DNA of 64,000 nt from Phoronis australis (taxonomy: Eukaryota; Animalia; Phoronida), in the NCBI GenBank assembly GCA_002633005.1, contig NMRA01000052.1, positions 212,613 through 276,612 on the forward strand, read 5' to 3'. The position numbers and the translations under genes were made by a program. This document shows positions 44,113 to 57,859 of the stretch, one piece after another. Under the pieces are notes generated by a model that was not told where the DNA came from, did not search any database, and was given only the letters and a program-made list of their open reading frames with translations. Each line of letters starts with the position of its first letter. Position 1 is the stretch's first letter.

Positions 44113-47100
44113 TTAGCAATAAAAGAAATCTAACAATCCACAATCTTCTACGTTATAACCAATCAACTTTCCAACGAAGTCTTCAGGGGAAAATGTAATA
44201 ACTTGCTCTACAGCAGCGCCATCTGTTAAGGAGTTTCTCGGCACTATCGATCCTCGTGGAGGCGTTGATGGTAAGTCGTCTTTGTCGATAAAATCCATGC
44301 TAACATCGACACTTCGTTCTCCTGCATCAGGATTACTTTGCGTAAGTTCTTCGTTTTGCAAATGATCGATCGGCTCCCAACAGAAATTTTCGTTTGGCTT
44401 ATTTGTTTCATTGGCGTCAAAATTAGTGGGCGACAAAATCAGAGACCGAAGCCTGAAAACACAAAAAGTTTATTTTTATTTTTATTTCTCTGGCAAACCT
44501 ATCACATGTTCGCGTTGAAGTTTATGTAAGATTTGGTTTTGTCTAAGTAACTGGGCCCAGTTGCATAAAAGTTATACGCCGCATAGCAACAATGGCGTCG
44601 CATTATCACGCGCAAAGTTACTGTTGAACAATACACCTGACGTCATGCAACAATCAAACTTATCCAGCGGATAACTGTTGAAGCTTAATGCAGCTCAGCC
44701 CAGGTGTGTCTAATAATTTATACAAAACAACTGTTGTTCACATCAGAGCTAAACCTACTCAAAAGTTGTTCCCAATTATAGCTACATCTTGCCTTTTTCA
44801 GCTGGCTATGATTCGNGGGGGGGGGGGGTTAAACCCCACCTTTTTCAGTTCTGCGCCGCCCATGATCTATGGGCAGTGCACCACAGGGGGTCTGGGGGGC
44901 TATAGCTGCTAAACATAAACTTCAAATACTTAGGGGTTACTCTTGACGAATATCTTGATTTCAATGAGAAAAGAAAATCACGTCAGTCGCGGCTTCAGCA
45001 TTAGGAAAAATATTTCAAGTATTCGTAATGAAAGAAATTTTGGCATTTTAATTTTTTAAAGTTTCGTGTAGCACAATGCCTTGCATTATTCGTCTGCTAT
45101 GAGGGTTGTGCCGATTACATTAAATCGGAACATATTTAACATAGATTTATACCTTTTTTAGGGTTAAACATATCTACATTGTGGTGATATGGGACGGAAT
45201 TCAACAGGTGACAGAAGGGAATTAAATGCATGATAGACTTCCAAACAAACTTGCGACTCTAGTAACCATGGAGTTACTATAAATAAATTTCTCAACGATA
45301 ACTGCGTGGTTAGAAAGGGCTGGACAGGCAATGTTAAAAGGGTGTCTATTGGGTATTACAGGGTGTCCCAGAAGTAATGACTCTTTAGTTTGAATGTCCA
45401 TGAATATTCATTAATATTCATGAAATTACTTTAAAACAGTACTTGAATTCTTCCTGTATCACACTTGTGAATTGTACAACTTGAAAAGTATAATTTTCAT
45501 TAATTTTAGATAACGTAGAAAATATATCTGAAACTAAATAAGGCGATCCAGATCCTCCCAAGGATACTATTGTTTCGTGAAATGAAGAATATAAATCGGT
45601 AAATAAAACAACAAGAATGGATCAACTGAAATTTGAAATTTTCGGAGGTAACAACTTCCTTTATCAACAAAAACAGAAATAAAGTAAAATCAAACACGAA
45701 ATGACAATTGACATATAAGATATGGTGTAATGAAAATGATACATTTTTGCGTAAAAAATTCAATGACATATTTTAAGTTTTTATGTTCAATCCATGAGGT
45801 TCTATTGTATTCAGTTTGTCTATCCAATATTGTTCTCTTTTAAGTCTGTGAGGGGTACTNCATTTTCATTACACCATATCTTATATGTCAATTGTCATTT
45901 CGTGTTTGATTTTACTTTATTTCTGTTTTTGTTGATAAAGGAAGTTGTTACCTCCGAAAATTTCAAATTTCAGTTGATCCATTCTTGTTGTTTTATTTAC
46001 CGATTTATATCATTAATTTTAGAGTATGTTCACCCCTAAGAGGTCTTGATCACTTCTTCCCGCTGAGAGCATGCAGCAAAAATCTCTTATTTGTTGATTG
46101 GAAGGCATGAACAAGGTTACGAGTGGTGACGAACATTTTAATTGTGACTGCTTCAAAACAGTTAAAACATATTCATGTTTAATCTAAATCCAGCATCTAC
46201 ACATTCTGTCGCTCGCCATCACATTAGAATCATCGCGTTCCCTCTCCTGTCGTGTTCTTCTTAAAGCATTAACATCTACACGGATTTGTCCTAACATTAC
46301 GATAGTTTTACGGTTGCGTAGGACCTTGCCGACAAATCTCTGCCTTTAGCAAAATATCAAGAAAACTATAAATTTGAACACGGTAAAGGTATATATTTCT
46401 AAAAGTAGAAAGTCTGTAGAATTTATTTTTGACTTTTTACCAATTTGTTACTAATTGGGTCACGTTACCGTATCTTTTTATAGTAAAATTTAGCAAAACA
46501 AAAAGATACATCCATAACAAAATAACGATATCAACACGATCTGTTTTTATTTGATATAAATGATAAAAATGAGATATCAAAAAACGCTGCTGCAGTTTTC
46601 TAAAATATCATTTCGTTATTGTTTTGTATGCAGTTTTAAAGTTTTTTCATGAGAATTATAAAATTACTATTCTGTGATAATTCCTCGTACAAAAATGGAA
46701 AATTTCAAAAACAATTCCAGGCAGAGTTTTTTAAAACAATGAATAAAGAGTAGTATATGAAAGTTCGATATGAATCCGATTAGCCATTTCTGAGATATGA
46801 TGTTACGAAGTCAACCACATTTGTTCATTTTTATAGGGTTCTACGTATCCTTAACGTGTACTTTGTGCTTGAGAATTTAGATTTGCTGGTTGGTTGGATG
46901 GTGTGAAAATGTGTTTCCTTTATTTCGATGTGCAAACATTTCAATCAAACTTAACTTTTGGGACAACCTGTACTTTTCAGTCATATTTCAAAATTTGTTG
47001 TAGCTGTATTGTCGAAGATGTGAGAAACAATTTGTGTGCACGCTCAAAAATGCATGACAAAATCAATAATAACCAAACCTATGATGGGAATTTATATTTT

Positions 47101-50100
47101 GTTTAAACATCAGTATGCAACTAATTAAAAATAGTTTGTAGCGTTCCCAGCGTTCCCCATTCCCAGGAGTTCTCAGCGTCCCCTAATGGCTCAGCTTAGG
47201 ACTAGAATTATTGCTCTGCATATAGAAAGTGGTTCCCATGTACATACTCCTGTAAATGAAAGGTATCTTTTCTGTTGCCACTCAAGTTCAGGTGAACAAA
47301 TGGAAGCTGCATTTTCTTTAATTGTTCATTGTTTGATTTACGTGGAACAAGTTTGTGTCAGAATATGTCTCGCCACTCCAGCAGGGTAGCGGCGTTAAAA
47401 TGATTAATTCATGATTTTCTCAGACAATTTGTCAACTTTACTTAATGGGACGGGCAATAATGCAATTTTGGGATAATGATTGGACGGCTAAACTTTTTGA
47501 AGTTATTAGCGTTCTATTACCAAGGGTGTTGACTTAAGACAAAGACTTGGTTTTTTACTCCACTACACATCTATTTTTGAAAAATAATTACATCGCACTT
47601 GAGCAAAAGTGTACATGTAACTAATAGTAACTGACATATATTCTATTAATCAGTTCTAGACTATGGTGTGCTCATAATTACTTGGCTAATTAAACATTTG
47701 TTCATTAATTGGGAGGTGGAAGCGTAAGTCACTTTCAAGTAACGGACCCCGGAGTTACAGAACATAAAAATCCGATGTGTTTTTGTACCAATTCTCGCCG
47801 TTGTGTGAAATACATTCGTTGAAATCGAGGTCGTTGAGCGAGGATCAAACTCCGCCAGTAGAATACCCTCTGACACAGCGCCACCTATACTGAAAAGTGG
47901 CCCTGTGGAAACATGCTGACCGACACACAGAATTCCGTGTGTGTGCATCGCGCATACTTGGTCGGAAGTTTATCAATCACACCGCCACCACTTGCACACG
48001 CCTTCAATGCACTGCACTTGTTTGGGCTTAGCCACGGGATCGGGGTTCCATTGATTTTGTTTACTTCGGTCACTGCCCGTTTTAATAAATTGCAACTATT
48101 TTCAAGTCGAGCGTGGTCGCCATACCACCTAACAGTAAACTGAAAGGAGTTTCCCAGACTTCAACCAATGGGAATGACTGAATGTTATGACGTCGATTTC
48201 ATGACTTTAACCAAAGAGAGGTCATGATAAACAACAGCCACGGTGCTACCTTTCGTAGCACTGAGATAGAGCGGACCACTGCAGCAAAACAGAAGGTCGT
48301 AGGTTGGATTTCGCGCTGAGGCTGAGGTATCATTTTTCTCGACGATAATACCCCCATTAAGTCAGCATACGGGCGTAGATGTAAAAATATTTATACTTAA
48401 TTTGACAATGGTTTTTGCGCCTCATTACGAAGTGATAAATAAACGTGGCACTGAGGGTGCAGGTTGCTATTACGGTTCGTATGAATTGAGCTATTTGTAT
48501 TTGTCTCTACATGATAAATAAACCCTGCATCAGCTATACTGATGCGTGAGGGAGTATAAATAACGACATGAAATGTGGAAAGGTACTATTTACGGTTATA
48601 TTTATCGCTATGTCGATGGTTAAAAAGTGGCCAACTTCAAAGAAAGATAAAATCATGGAGCCGTTTACTAAGCCAAAACTAACACCAGTGGGTTCCATTT
48701 CGACCACAGTACAATCATGGAGAACAAACGGTGTTATTCAACTCATTTCAAGACTCAGACCTGAGTGAGGATCGTTAATTCAATGAATTTCGTTGCGGTC
48801 TTGGCGGTTTCAAATGGACCGTGTACAATGACCGCTTTCACCGTGTAAAAAACGCCAGCCTCCGTTTGGGAAACGGAACGTCCGAAATATTACCGTTTCA
48901 CACCCTCGTCGAGTCGCAGCGAAACGGAGCAAGTGACGTCGACAAGCAAGCGTGAAAATAGAACCATTGCGTGTAGGTATAAGGGAGGGGGGCAAAAGGA
49001 CTGATTGCTCCGACAGAGGTCCTTACTATAAAGGGATATGTAATGATGACAATTGAGTGCATCACTCGGGACCTTTTTTTCAGATGGAATGCACAACTCT
49101 ACAAAAAATACGAATCGTTCACCAGTCATTGATTGAATCATGGGACCTCTCCCATTTGGACCCCTTTCAGGTGAACGTATTTACTATTTAAAAACAAAGG
49201 AAACAGTAAAAGCGCAAAAACCAGAAACAAAACAGCAACTCAAGTATCGCTGCACCCTTTAGTAGGGGCCCTGTACTATTTCAATACTTCACAAATCCTT
49301 GAACACGAAAATCGACCACTCTGTATGACGAATTGTCCTTTTGAATTTGAAACTGAAATTTTGCGCTGAAAGACTCTCCATGACAAAAATTCACCGTCTT
49401 GTCGAGGTACGGTAAAATGCCCCAGCTCAAATGCATGTAGACATGCACGCTGAATTTTTCTCAAACAAATGTCCCTGGTCCCCGAAAGAGTAAATCTTGC
49501 CCTAAGCAGAATGACTGGTTTCTACACTTCATCAAGTTCTGCTGTGGGCCTCTGCGCCAAAATGCTTCGTCAATCGCAGTGCCACCTTGAGGCTCTGTGG
49601 TGCATCCGTGTGGGCTGTGACATGTTCATGATGTTACCATAACTGGCACTGTGTTGCTATTGTGTTCACATCCTCATAATAGCACACCTTGTCCAGAAGA
49701 AAAATATAGCGGCTTTACACAGACTCACGTTTTTCGTCAGCTAAGAATATTGTTGCTAACGCGAATGGGCACGGTCCATTGCAAAACTGCTAACACGACA
49801 TCAAAAAATTAAACATGTTAAACTTTTTTGGCTGCTCCAAATTATGGACGATGTGCGCCAGTTTTCCCACGATTTTAACACGTTTCTAGAGGAGTACAGC
49901 GGATAACCGAGCCCAGGAATCGCCGTCTGAACTGGCAATATGCAAAAAGTGCCTACGATCTAGTATAGGTCCAAAATTTGTTTTATGCATTTTCTTTAGT
50001 ACCTAGTGTCTTTACATTTCCGTACAAATTCATGCAACAAATACGCCAACAGTGGCAAGGTGAAATTTGATAAACAAAATCTTCACCTTGTTGAGTCGAT

Positions 50101-53100
50101 GCGGTTGACTGAGGAGGAAACCGTTGATAATACGTCTTTTGTGGCAGTGAGCAGTCGCGTCATTCCATCGCTAGCTTCTTCACACAACTGCTTGAACATA
50201 GTACACAATGAACTACACGGATATACAAAATGACAAATCAGTGAAAAAATAACTCTTATAACACTTTGTGTTCCCATGGCTGTTATTATAATCGCTGTTT
50301 ATTTGACATCCATGAAACTACTAATAAAAATGTTTACTACTGTAACCTTCCTTGTCACAACCATCGATACCACCGTCTTCCCCAACATCGTCCACAAAAA
50401 CAACAAATGTCTGAGTTTCATTTTCCCGCCATCATCGTCATTATCATCAGCAGCAGTAGGAGTCCCAACAGTCATCACATCATGATGTTTAGCATCACCA
50501 TCATCGTCGCTAACACCATCATCATCCCATCAACGTCCTCACCATCGTCATCACCACATCATCATTACCAACATCTTCACCATCAGCATCATCACAATCC
50601 TCATAGTCATCACCATTTCTAACATCATCGTCATCATCTTCTTAACATCATTATCATCTTCATCAGCTCCACCGTCACATCCCCCATTATCACCATCATC
50701 TTCACCGCTATCATCTTCACCATCATCACCACCACCACCATAATTATCATCATCATTATCGTCATCATCATTGCCAGTTATAACGTCGTCATTTTCATCA
50801 CCACCATGATCGTCACCAACATCGTCACCCTTATCATCATGCTCATCACCTTCAACACCATCACAATCATCATCACCGTGCGGTGACTATCATCATCACC
50901 ACCTTTGCCACCACCCTCTTATCATGAAGCAGAGTTCATCTGTGTCCGTTTACGACCACATTCGAATCAGTGTCGCTGGCCTACATCGACCATTTTACGA
51001 GAATTTTCTCAGTCCAGTGATCGCTATCCTTCATTGTCTGTGTGACCTCTGCGTATGCTATTTAAAAGCTGCGTCTCGTCCTGTCCAACTGGCAAAAAGC
51101 GAAAATCGAATTAGACGTTTCCGTCTCATAAAATCATACTGATAGGATTCTATTTGAGTTGCCAACAAAAACAGTGACTCAAGAAAACCCTTCAGAGTTA
51201 TAACTGTGGTAATTGGCCAACCTTAACATGGTGAATTTAAAAATGGCGCATGTATACACAATGCTTGTCACTTGAGTTGCCACCTCATTCGCCAACAGTT
51301 CAAGATCCGATGAGTGTGATAATGTTTTCAATCCCAACGCGCTTCGGTTAAGAGTTCAACAGCTAAACAACACGGTGAATTGAAGCCTTAACTCAGAGCT
51401 ACATTTCGCCCTATTTAGCTGGCTACAAAACGAAAATCGAACCTTTTACTCTTATAAAATCGGTCTCAACTTCCCTCGCCATAGACTCTATTCACGCGGC
51501 GGCCATTAAGAACCAAAGCGAGGCTCACTGCGATAAACAAAGCGAAAGTAGACATTGCGTGAGTTAAATAGCCGGTCTTACGAGTCCAACCTGGATATTA
51601 AATTTTAATGATGTGTCGACAATTAACCACAGAGACGCAGAAAATTACATTAGAGAACAAGTTAAGGCGCCAAAGAGTTGTCTGACGAAAGGGTTTAATT
51701 TTCTTCAGAAAACTAGGTTCGAAACATGAAAAGTAAATATCGACCAAATTGCTGCGATCGTAGTGTTACGGATTAGGTATTATGCTGAATGCAGGGTTAC
51801 GTTTTTTCTTGTAAATTGTTGATCAAAATATTTTCTACGCGGACCAGGTCATCTGCTCGTATTGTTGACGAGTTGAAGACACTAGTATTCGACAGTGGTG
51901 TCTGTCATGTGCAATTAGTCACATATGGTTTAATTTGTTGATCAAGAATATTAACATCAAGCATAGCCTGATCCTATGCACTCACTGGGACTAACAGTTG
52001 ATTTGTCATTGGTCTGAAAGAATAATTGATGTTATTAAATATATTTTTATTAAAATAAAAAACCAGGCTCGTAATTGAAAATAAAAATTATTTGACCATC
52101 AATGCTTTCTTGGTTGTAATAATTCTTACGTCTATTTCATGTGTTAGATTTCAAANGACAAAATATGATCTAACTTTTCGAAAACATTTATAAATTTTAC
52201 ACGGACATATTTTGCATCGTCGCGGCAACGACCCAACGCTTCCGAATCTCAACGTCTGTAGAGATTGTGAAGCAGACAGTTGCATGTCCGTATTTTTTCT
52301 AGCCGTTCGCGGAACAACACGATCTGAAACACCTGACAGAACTATGCCGATAAGCTAACAGAGCATCGTAGCGAGCCTCGTTTTGGAATACGCCTCCTGT
52401 CGGCGTGAATAGGGTATATATGACTCGTTCTCTGATAACAAGGAGAACAGTGGCAACACCCTCAACAGGTCAAGAAACGTGTCATAAAATGGTTGATTTT
52501 ATTGAGACCAGACCTGAAATTCAAAAATGGTGAGCAAGAACACTCGAAACAAAAATAGGTCAGTCACGTGACACATCACCAACCATTTCTCGTCAGGGTA
52601 GAGTTCAATAACGTTAAGACCTCGCTAGCACATAGCTAGAAAAGCGAGACTTCGTGAGATTACGCTAGATATCGCCGTGTATTTTAAATGAGAACTGATT
52701 GTGGCTAGATTAGCCGCGAGACAGCTAGTAAACTCTGCCCAGCTGTTGGTTTAGGCCCATAAATACAGGGCAAATGTAGCTTTAAGATGTTGTACCTTTA
52801 CTGGTGTTTGGTCCTGAATTCCCGAATTTCCACTGCGGTGTACCAGATCTGTTCGTTGTTCAGTGACTGGATCTCTCTGATTCTGGTGTGAAGACGAGCC
52901 GTTTGGAAGGACGTTTTCAATTGCTGTGCTTTTAGTTTGCAACAAATTCAAACCCTGAAAGCACCGTTTTGAATATTTTTCATTTATTAAGGGTAGTTTT
53001 TTACTTTTCGCAGCACAGTGCCCAAGTCAGTGCGAAAAAGTTGTTTACGACCTTTTTAATAGCGCCAAAGCGAAAGATCAAGTCAATGTTATACTGTAGA

Positions 53101-56100
53101 AAAACGTCCTACGTTTTTGTCTTTAACCTACCCATTTTGGACCTCTTTTGGACTTTTTCCCATCCCAAAACTTCTGACAAAAAACACTAACTTTTGATTT
53201 TGGTCATAAATCGTAAGAAAATCGAATCCTGTTCCGTAATAAGATAAGAACTGATTACCAGGGTTGAGATAAACTAACATGCCGTTAGTGCTTCAGACCA
53301 GACCCATTACGTTACTTCTCAAGACGGTAAGTTTCATTCGCCAAGGTAGTCAGTCCATCACGGGAGGTAGAGTCACTTTAGTCACGTTTAGAGATCAACT
53401 TTTGGCCCGGCGCAACTGACACGGAGCAAATTGACCCGTGTCAAGCGGCCGTTTACACACACAACTCACTAACCGTGGCAAGACGGAAATTAAAAGCTGG
53501 AGAGACTGTATCGCACATGCGCAGGTTTACAAACGACGACAGTTACAGAGACAAAGAACCCGTACGTAGGTCATTGCACTAGCGCAGTAGAGATGATGCT
53601 TTCCGCCTTACTCCAATTTCGCGTTTAGGCTTATAATTGACACGGCGCAAGATGTTCCGGCGCAAATTACTCTACCTCACAAACGGCGGGTGGCAAAAAT
53701 TTGCCACAGCGGTGTCAATTTGCGCCGTGTCAGTCCGTTTACACATTGGAACAACTTGTTCCGTGTCAGCTGATCCGTGTCAACTTTGTAAGTGTAAACG
53801 GCACTTTTGTCGTAACCGATTTCAATTCATGGACAAAAATACGGACATGCGTTGATTCAATGGTCATGTTGGAAAGTCATAAAACTACAGACCCCACTTC
53901 CACCTTGAGGTTTTCGGTTTGGACTCGTCTGTCAAAAATGTATATGTAGTTTTACCTCGAACAAGTGAATCATCAATAATGTTTTCAATGTATTTTGAAT
54001 ACATTCGCTAAAATTTCTTCTGCTATTGTCGTAGTTGGTTAAAGTTGTTTAGCTCCACGCTTAGTGAACTTTAGCAGTAGATTTTTAAAGGCTTGTACAT
54101 TTTTCTAACGTTTAGCAAAACGTTAAAAACGGTCCTACTAACATAAGTCACGACAGCTTTAAATCGCACTTAACACCAAATATATAAGCGTTCTTAGTGG
54201 AGTAGACACTAAGATAGACGAATAATTCCCATGCTTGTATAGCAAACGCTCAAGTCGTAACAGCAGATCGCCATCGAGGAAAGAAGTGTCGATACTTGTG
54301 TGCATCAAACCCCATTCCTGTTGCAACTACTACACTAATCAAGTCAAAATGCGTCAACCCGTCTGATGAGCAGATTTCTCATTAGTTTATTTCTGCTGAA
54401 AGTTTTGATGACTCTGTCATGTATCTTTTCCTTTTGAGATGCTGTGACTTGCAAAACAATAAAACCAATAGGGAGTCTGTCGCGTTAAATGTTGTACAAG
54501 TCGTTATAGTATTCAAGTAGGATGACCCAAAATTCCCCGTCGTGACGGCTGCGCGCATCGAATTCATCGTCAGTGTAGTCTTCCCTCGTGACCGAGAATG
54601 AAGGGGAATTGTTACTAAGATGGCAAGGCCATTCTGTAATTAGAGTTTTGTCGCCCCAATAGTTACTTCCTGGCAGCAATTTTTGCCATTAACAGAATTA
54701 GACGTCATGACGGGGAAACGGTGGTTTGATTACTTTCGTCTTGCACTGTAGTTCGGCCAAACCGAAGGCCAAATAACAAAATTAATATAACCAACTTTTA
54801 CCTGTTGAATGCGCTGAGAAGACACTGCTCTTGAAGACTGCACGTCCTTCACCAAGTTATGAAAGGAGACGGTTGATAAATTGCCATGGTCTCTGAAAAG
54901 GGTGATCATCAGCACAGGAAATAATACCGACATGCATACGCGCTCACAACTTACCGTTAAGTTACAGTGCTACAATATACAGTGTACGTTGACAGTGCAG
55001 CTGTTTGGACTTACTTCTCCTGTAGCGCACACGTCACCTGGGCACGGGGTATGATCTCCGAACATGAACTCGAACTTCAAATGAGAATTGTCATTTCTGT
55101 TCTGCTTAAGTACGAACTCAAACTAATGCCGGATTCACGGCCTTCGATAAAACAGGCCTCAGAATGACTAGATGTCGCATAAATCTCTACTACGAGATTC
55201 GCAGGCACTATTTTTCGTCATCCCTTATTCAAGCAACAGTCTTTTTTGTGATGGGCATGATCAGTGTCCATCTTTTAAGAAATCGTATGCAATATACTTT
55301 TAATTACAACACAGCAAAAAATATTCCGTTTTCCATCAACCTTAGCCTCGGTTTTATCTCTAAAAACAGAGTTTCGCAAACGTACCACTTTTGTTCTTCA
55401 TCGCGGGACTTAGTCGAACGTAAATGATGATGAGAATACGTACACTTTGAGAAGGTTGTTTCTAGTGACTGCGGACGCTTTAGCCTCAGTAATGACTTCT
55501 AACAGTGACTCGGTGCGACTGCTCATTGCAGCAAAATACCGTTTGGTTTCAATGGGAAACTCATCTGAAAAATTCATCCAAAATGGCAGAGACGAGAGAT
55601 AAAATGTCGATACACGCAGACATGCTGCCTTTCTCGCAAGAACTAGACTTCCCAAAATTCAATCTTATGGTGTGCCCTTGAATATGAACAATGACTTCAG
55701 GCAACTCATGTCGCTTTAGATTTACGTTTTCTGCTATATTGCAATCGAGACATTATACTGGATTAACCACCCAACGCTGCAGTTTTACTGTCAGTTAGTT
55801 TGATATCATTAACGTACAAAAGACAACTTCGCTGTAATCGAGTGACCAATGTGGTGACGCGTGCGCATGCCAAAATTTGTAATAGTCAGTTGCTGGGATT
55901 CCGCATTTTGAGAACCAGTTTTCTCCACTGAATAGCAGGCATCAAACGGGATCTCAAACTCTGGGACCCCGGTACGTGACTATAGCCCTAAATGAATAAA
56001 TTTTGTTCGTGGGAGAAACACTATTAATCGCTAGCAAGGACAGATGGAATATATTAGGGAGCGCAAATCTTTTGAGAGCGTAAATTATTTACTATTTAAA

Positions 56101-57859
56101 ATAGTTTAGCGCGACTCTCCAAAATAGGATTTCGTACCTCCGAGTGCGGAAATGCTTGCCCAACGAGGGTACTTAGTTCTAAGCATCAATCCAAAAGCTC
56201 AAAGAACAAACATTAAAACGAACATAGTATCGTTCCAACATGACGAAGTGATGATACCTGCAAACGCCATTTCGTATCGCTGAACCTGTTTACGCCATTG
56301 AAGAAGCACGCGCTCCAGGTGCATCCACGTGTTAACTTCACAGCGAGTCGTCTCCGTTATTGATTTAATGCAGCTATGATGAGAGAGATTAAATCAGTAG
56401 TCATTTTATGATATCTTTTATTATTATTATCAGAGAGCTACTCTTTTTAATTGTATTGAAATGTATCGGATTATTTCCCTGTTATAGCGTTTTAGTTTTC
56501 TATGAATAAACATAGGTCTACTCAGTTCTCTTCCTGACATCACTCCACCTGGTGGTGCGTTCTGTAACTGTACATGAAAGGTCTGCCCATGCTTGTCTGA
56601 TGTATTGACTTAATCATTTTACCTAGAGATTTCTTTCATTTAGACAACAATGGCAACCCCGTAAAATTTTCAGGGCCCAGTCTCTAATCTTTGTACTCGA
56701 AACGAACTCGAAACTATTTTTGGCAATTTCTCTGCTCCTTTTGTGCGAACTTAAGATAATTGGTTATCAGACTGTGCTCGAATACATTATAGTTTATGCA
56801 TAGGAGTTTCTAGTTCAAGTTTGCCCTTGAAGACCCTTATATTTGTGCTACAAACTCGAGTAAAAACTCGAACGTATTGCTTTAATATTGGGTTTACAAA
56901 CTGTGAACTTAGGGTAATAAATAATCTACGTAAGTTATTGTGTACTCGAGCATAGAATAATAGACACTTATCTTGAGTTCGCCAAAAAGTAGAGTACAAA
57001 ATGCCAAACCTAATTTCGAGTTCCATTTCGAGTAAAAAGATTGGACACCGGGCCCAGGTTGGTTTAAGTAAAACTTTTAGTAAAAAACACTGCAAAATGG
57101 TTGTTAAACTGTAAATAGCTTTCGAGTTTAGCTTCTTAAAGCGGCTGTAAACCCACAAAAATCTACTTTTCATTTTCACCACTTGAGGTTACAAAACCAT
57201 TCTCGTTTTGTATTCGATTAAAATTACACATTACTGCTAAACTTTAAAAGAGCAGACAGATCGCTATTTGTTCAGACTAGCATATGAAGTTTCCTTGTGA
57301 CGCTAAAGCAATTCCACCGTCAGGGGAATCACATGCGATTTACTGCAGCGAAATTCAATTCAAGACAAAGACAACAACGCAATGACGTTGCTGTGGAAGA
57401 GAAAATAAGCCTGTGACGAGTCCTTTTTTGGTTTATACTTATAGTAGGTTTATCTGTCGTGGATATTAGGCATTACGTGCGCCCTTTCACTGTTTGACAC
57501 AAAACATTTTCATTCGATTAACACGCAACTTATATTTCTATAATGTTGAACATAAGCTACAGACTATACCCTGAAACATTACACATTCATATGGCATGAA
57601 CATTCAAACACTCACTGCTTAACATCTTCTAGTCTGTTCATTTTGTCGACCATGTCTTGTTGTAACGTTCCGACGTCCTGTGCACCCCCTATCACGTAAC
57701 TAACGTCATTTATAGTGTCTCTCAAAATTTGTTTTTCCGAAATCGTGCTGCAAATGTATTCTGGTAAAACTTCTTTTCAGACAATGCCTATTCATGACCA
57801 CAATTCTCGACTCTTCGTTGTCTGATTCGCTGAGCTTTGAATTCGATTATTTCGTCAGG
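44113..57859 (-). CDS. Uncharacterised multi-exon gene, >=538 aa, 5' end unresolved (possibly ATG 58172). Exons 57859-57802, 57688-57616, 56373-56258, 55564-55444, 54892-54802, 52954-52796, 51901-51801, 51341-51222, 50212-50087, 49501-49395, 49098-48894, 44452-44113
   Basis: Twelve AG/GT-bounded, stop-free segments chain with matching phases (1,2,1,2,0,0,2,2,2,1,2), totalling 1617 nt, and end at LLDFFYC*. Some splice sites are weak, and extra exons at 54.3-54.6 kb are possible. No confident homology. Confidence 0.6.
44551..44703. mobile_element. Small MITE (Harbinger-like ends)
   Basis: CTGGGCCCAGTTGCATAA ... TTAATGCAGCTCAGCCCAG. Internal tgacgtcatgcaacaatcaaa is shared with ~21893-21960. 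Confidence 0.55.
45589..46010. repeat. Perfect 150-bp inverted duplication (45589-45738 / 45861-46010) abutting an N
   Basis: The arms are exact reverse complements by eye; N at 45860. Confidence 0.85.
47864..48272. mobile_element. MITE family A, copy 3
   Basis: Starts TACCCTCTGACACAGCGCCACCTATACTG; collinear with the other two copies. Confidence 0.85.
50410..50920. repeat. Degenerate (CAT/CAC)n trinucleotide tract, intronic
   Basis: Directly visible. Confidence 0.9.
52596..52740. mobile_element. MITE family C, uninterrupted copy
   Basis: GGGTAGAGTT ... AACTCTGCCC ends; interior is the reverse complement of 35290-35385. Confidence 0.7.
56673..57058. mobile_element. MITE with GGGCCC(A/G)GT TIRs and aactcga repeats
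   Basis: GGGCCCAGTCTCTAATCTT ... AAGATTGGACACCGGGCCC. Confidence 0.55.

Noticed and set aside
48810-49390. Apparent STAT linker and SH2 motifs (GEFLSWRVFQR; HLLRFAATRRG)
   Set aside because: The first lies downstream of the GTGAAT donor at 49394 (intronic) and the second is in a different frame from the open exon 49098-48894, so both are probably chance.
50266-50622. His-rich 118-aa ORF
   Set aside because: Arises from the (CAT)n tract on the strand opposite the host gene.
55015-55078. Extra exon of the orphan gene (SSSCSEIIPRAQVTCALQE)
   Set aside because: Phase-compatible but overlaps a MITE-like segment and is not needed for the frame, so it was left out.
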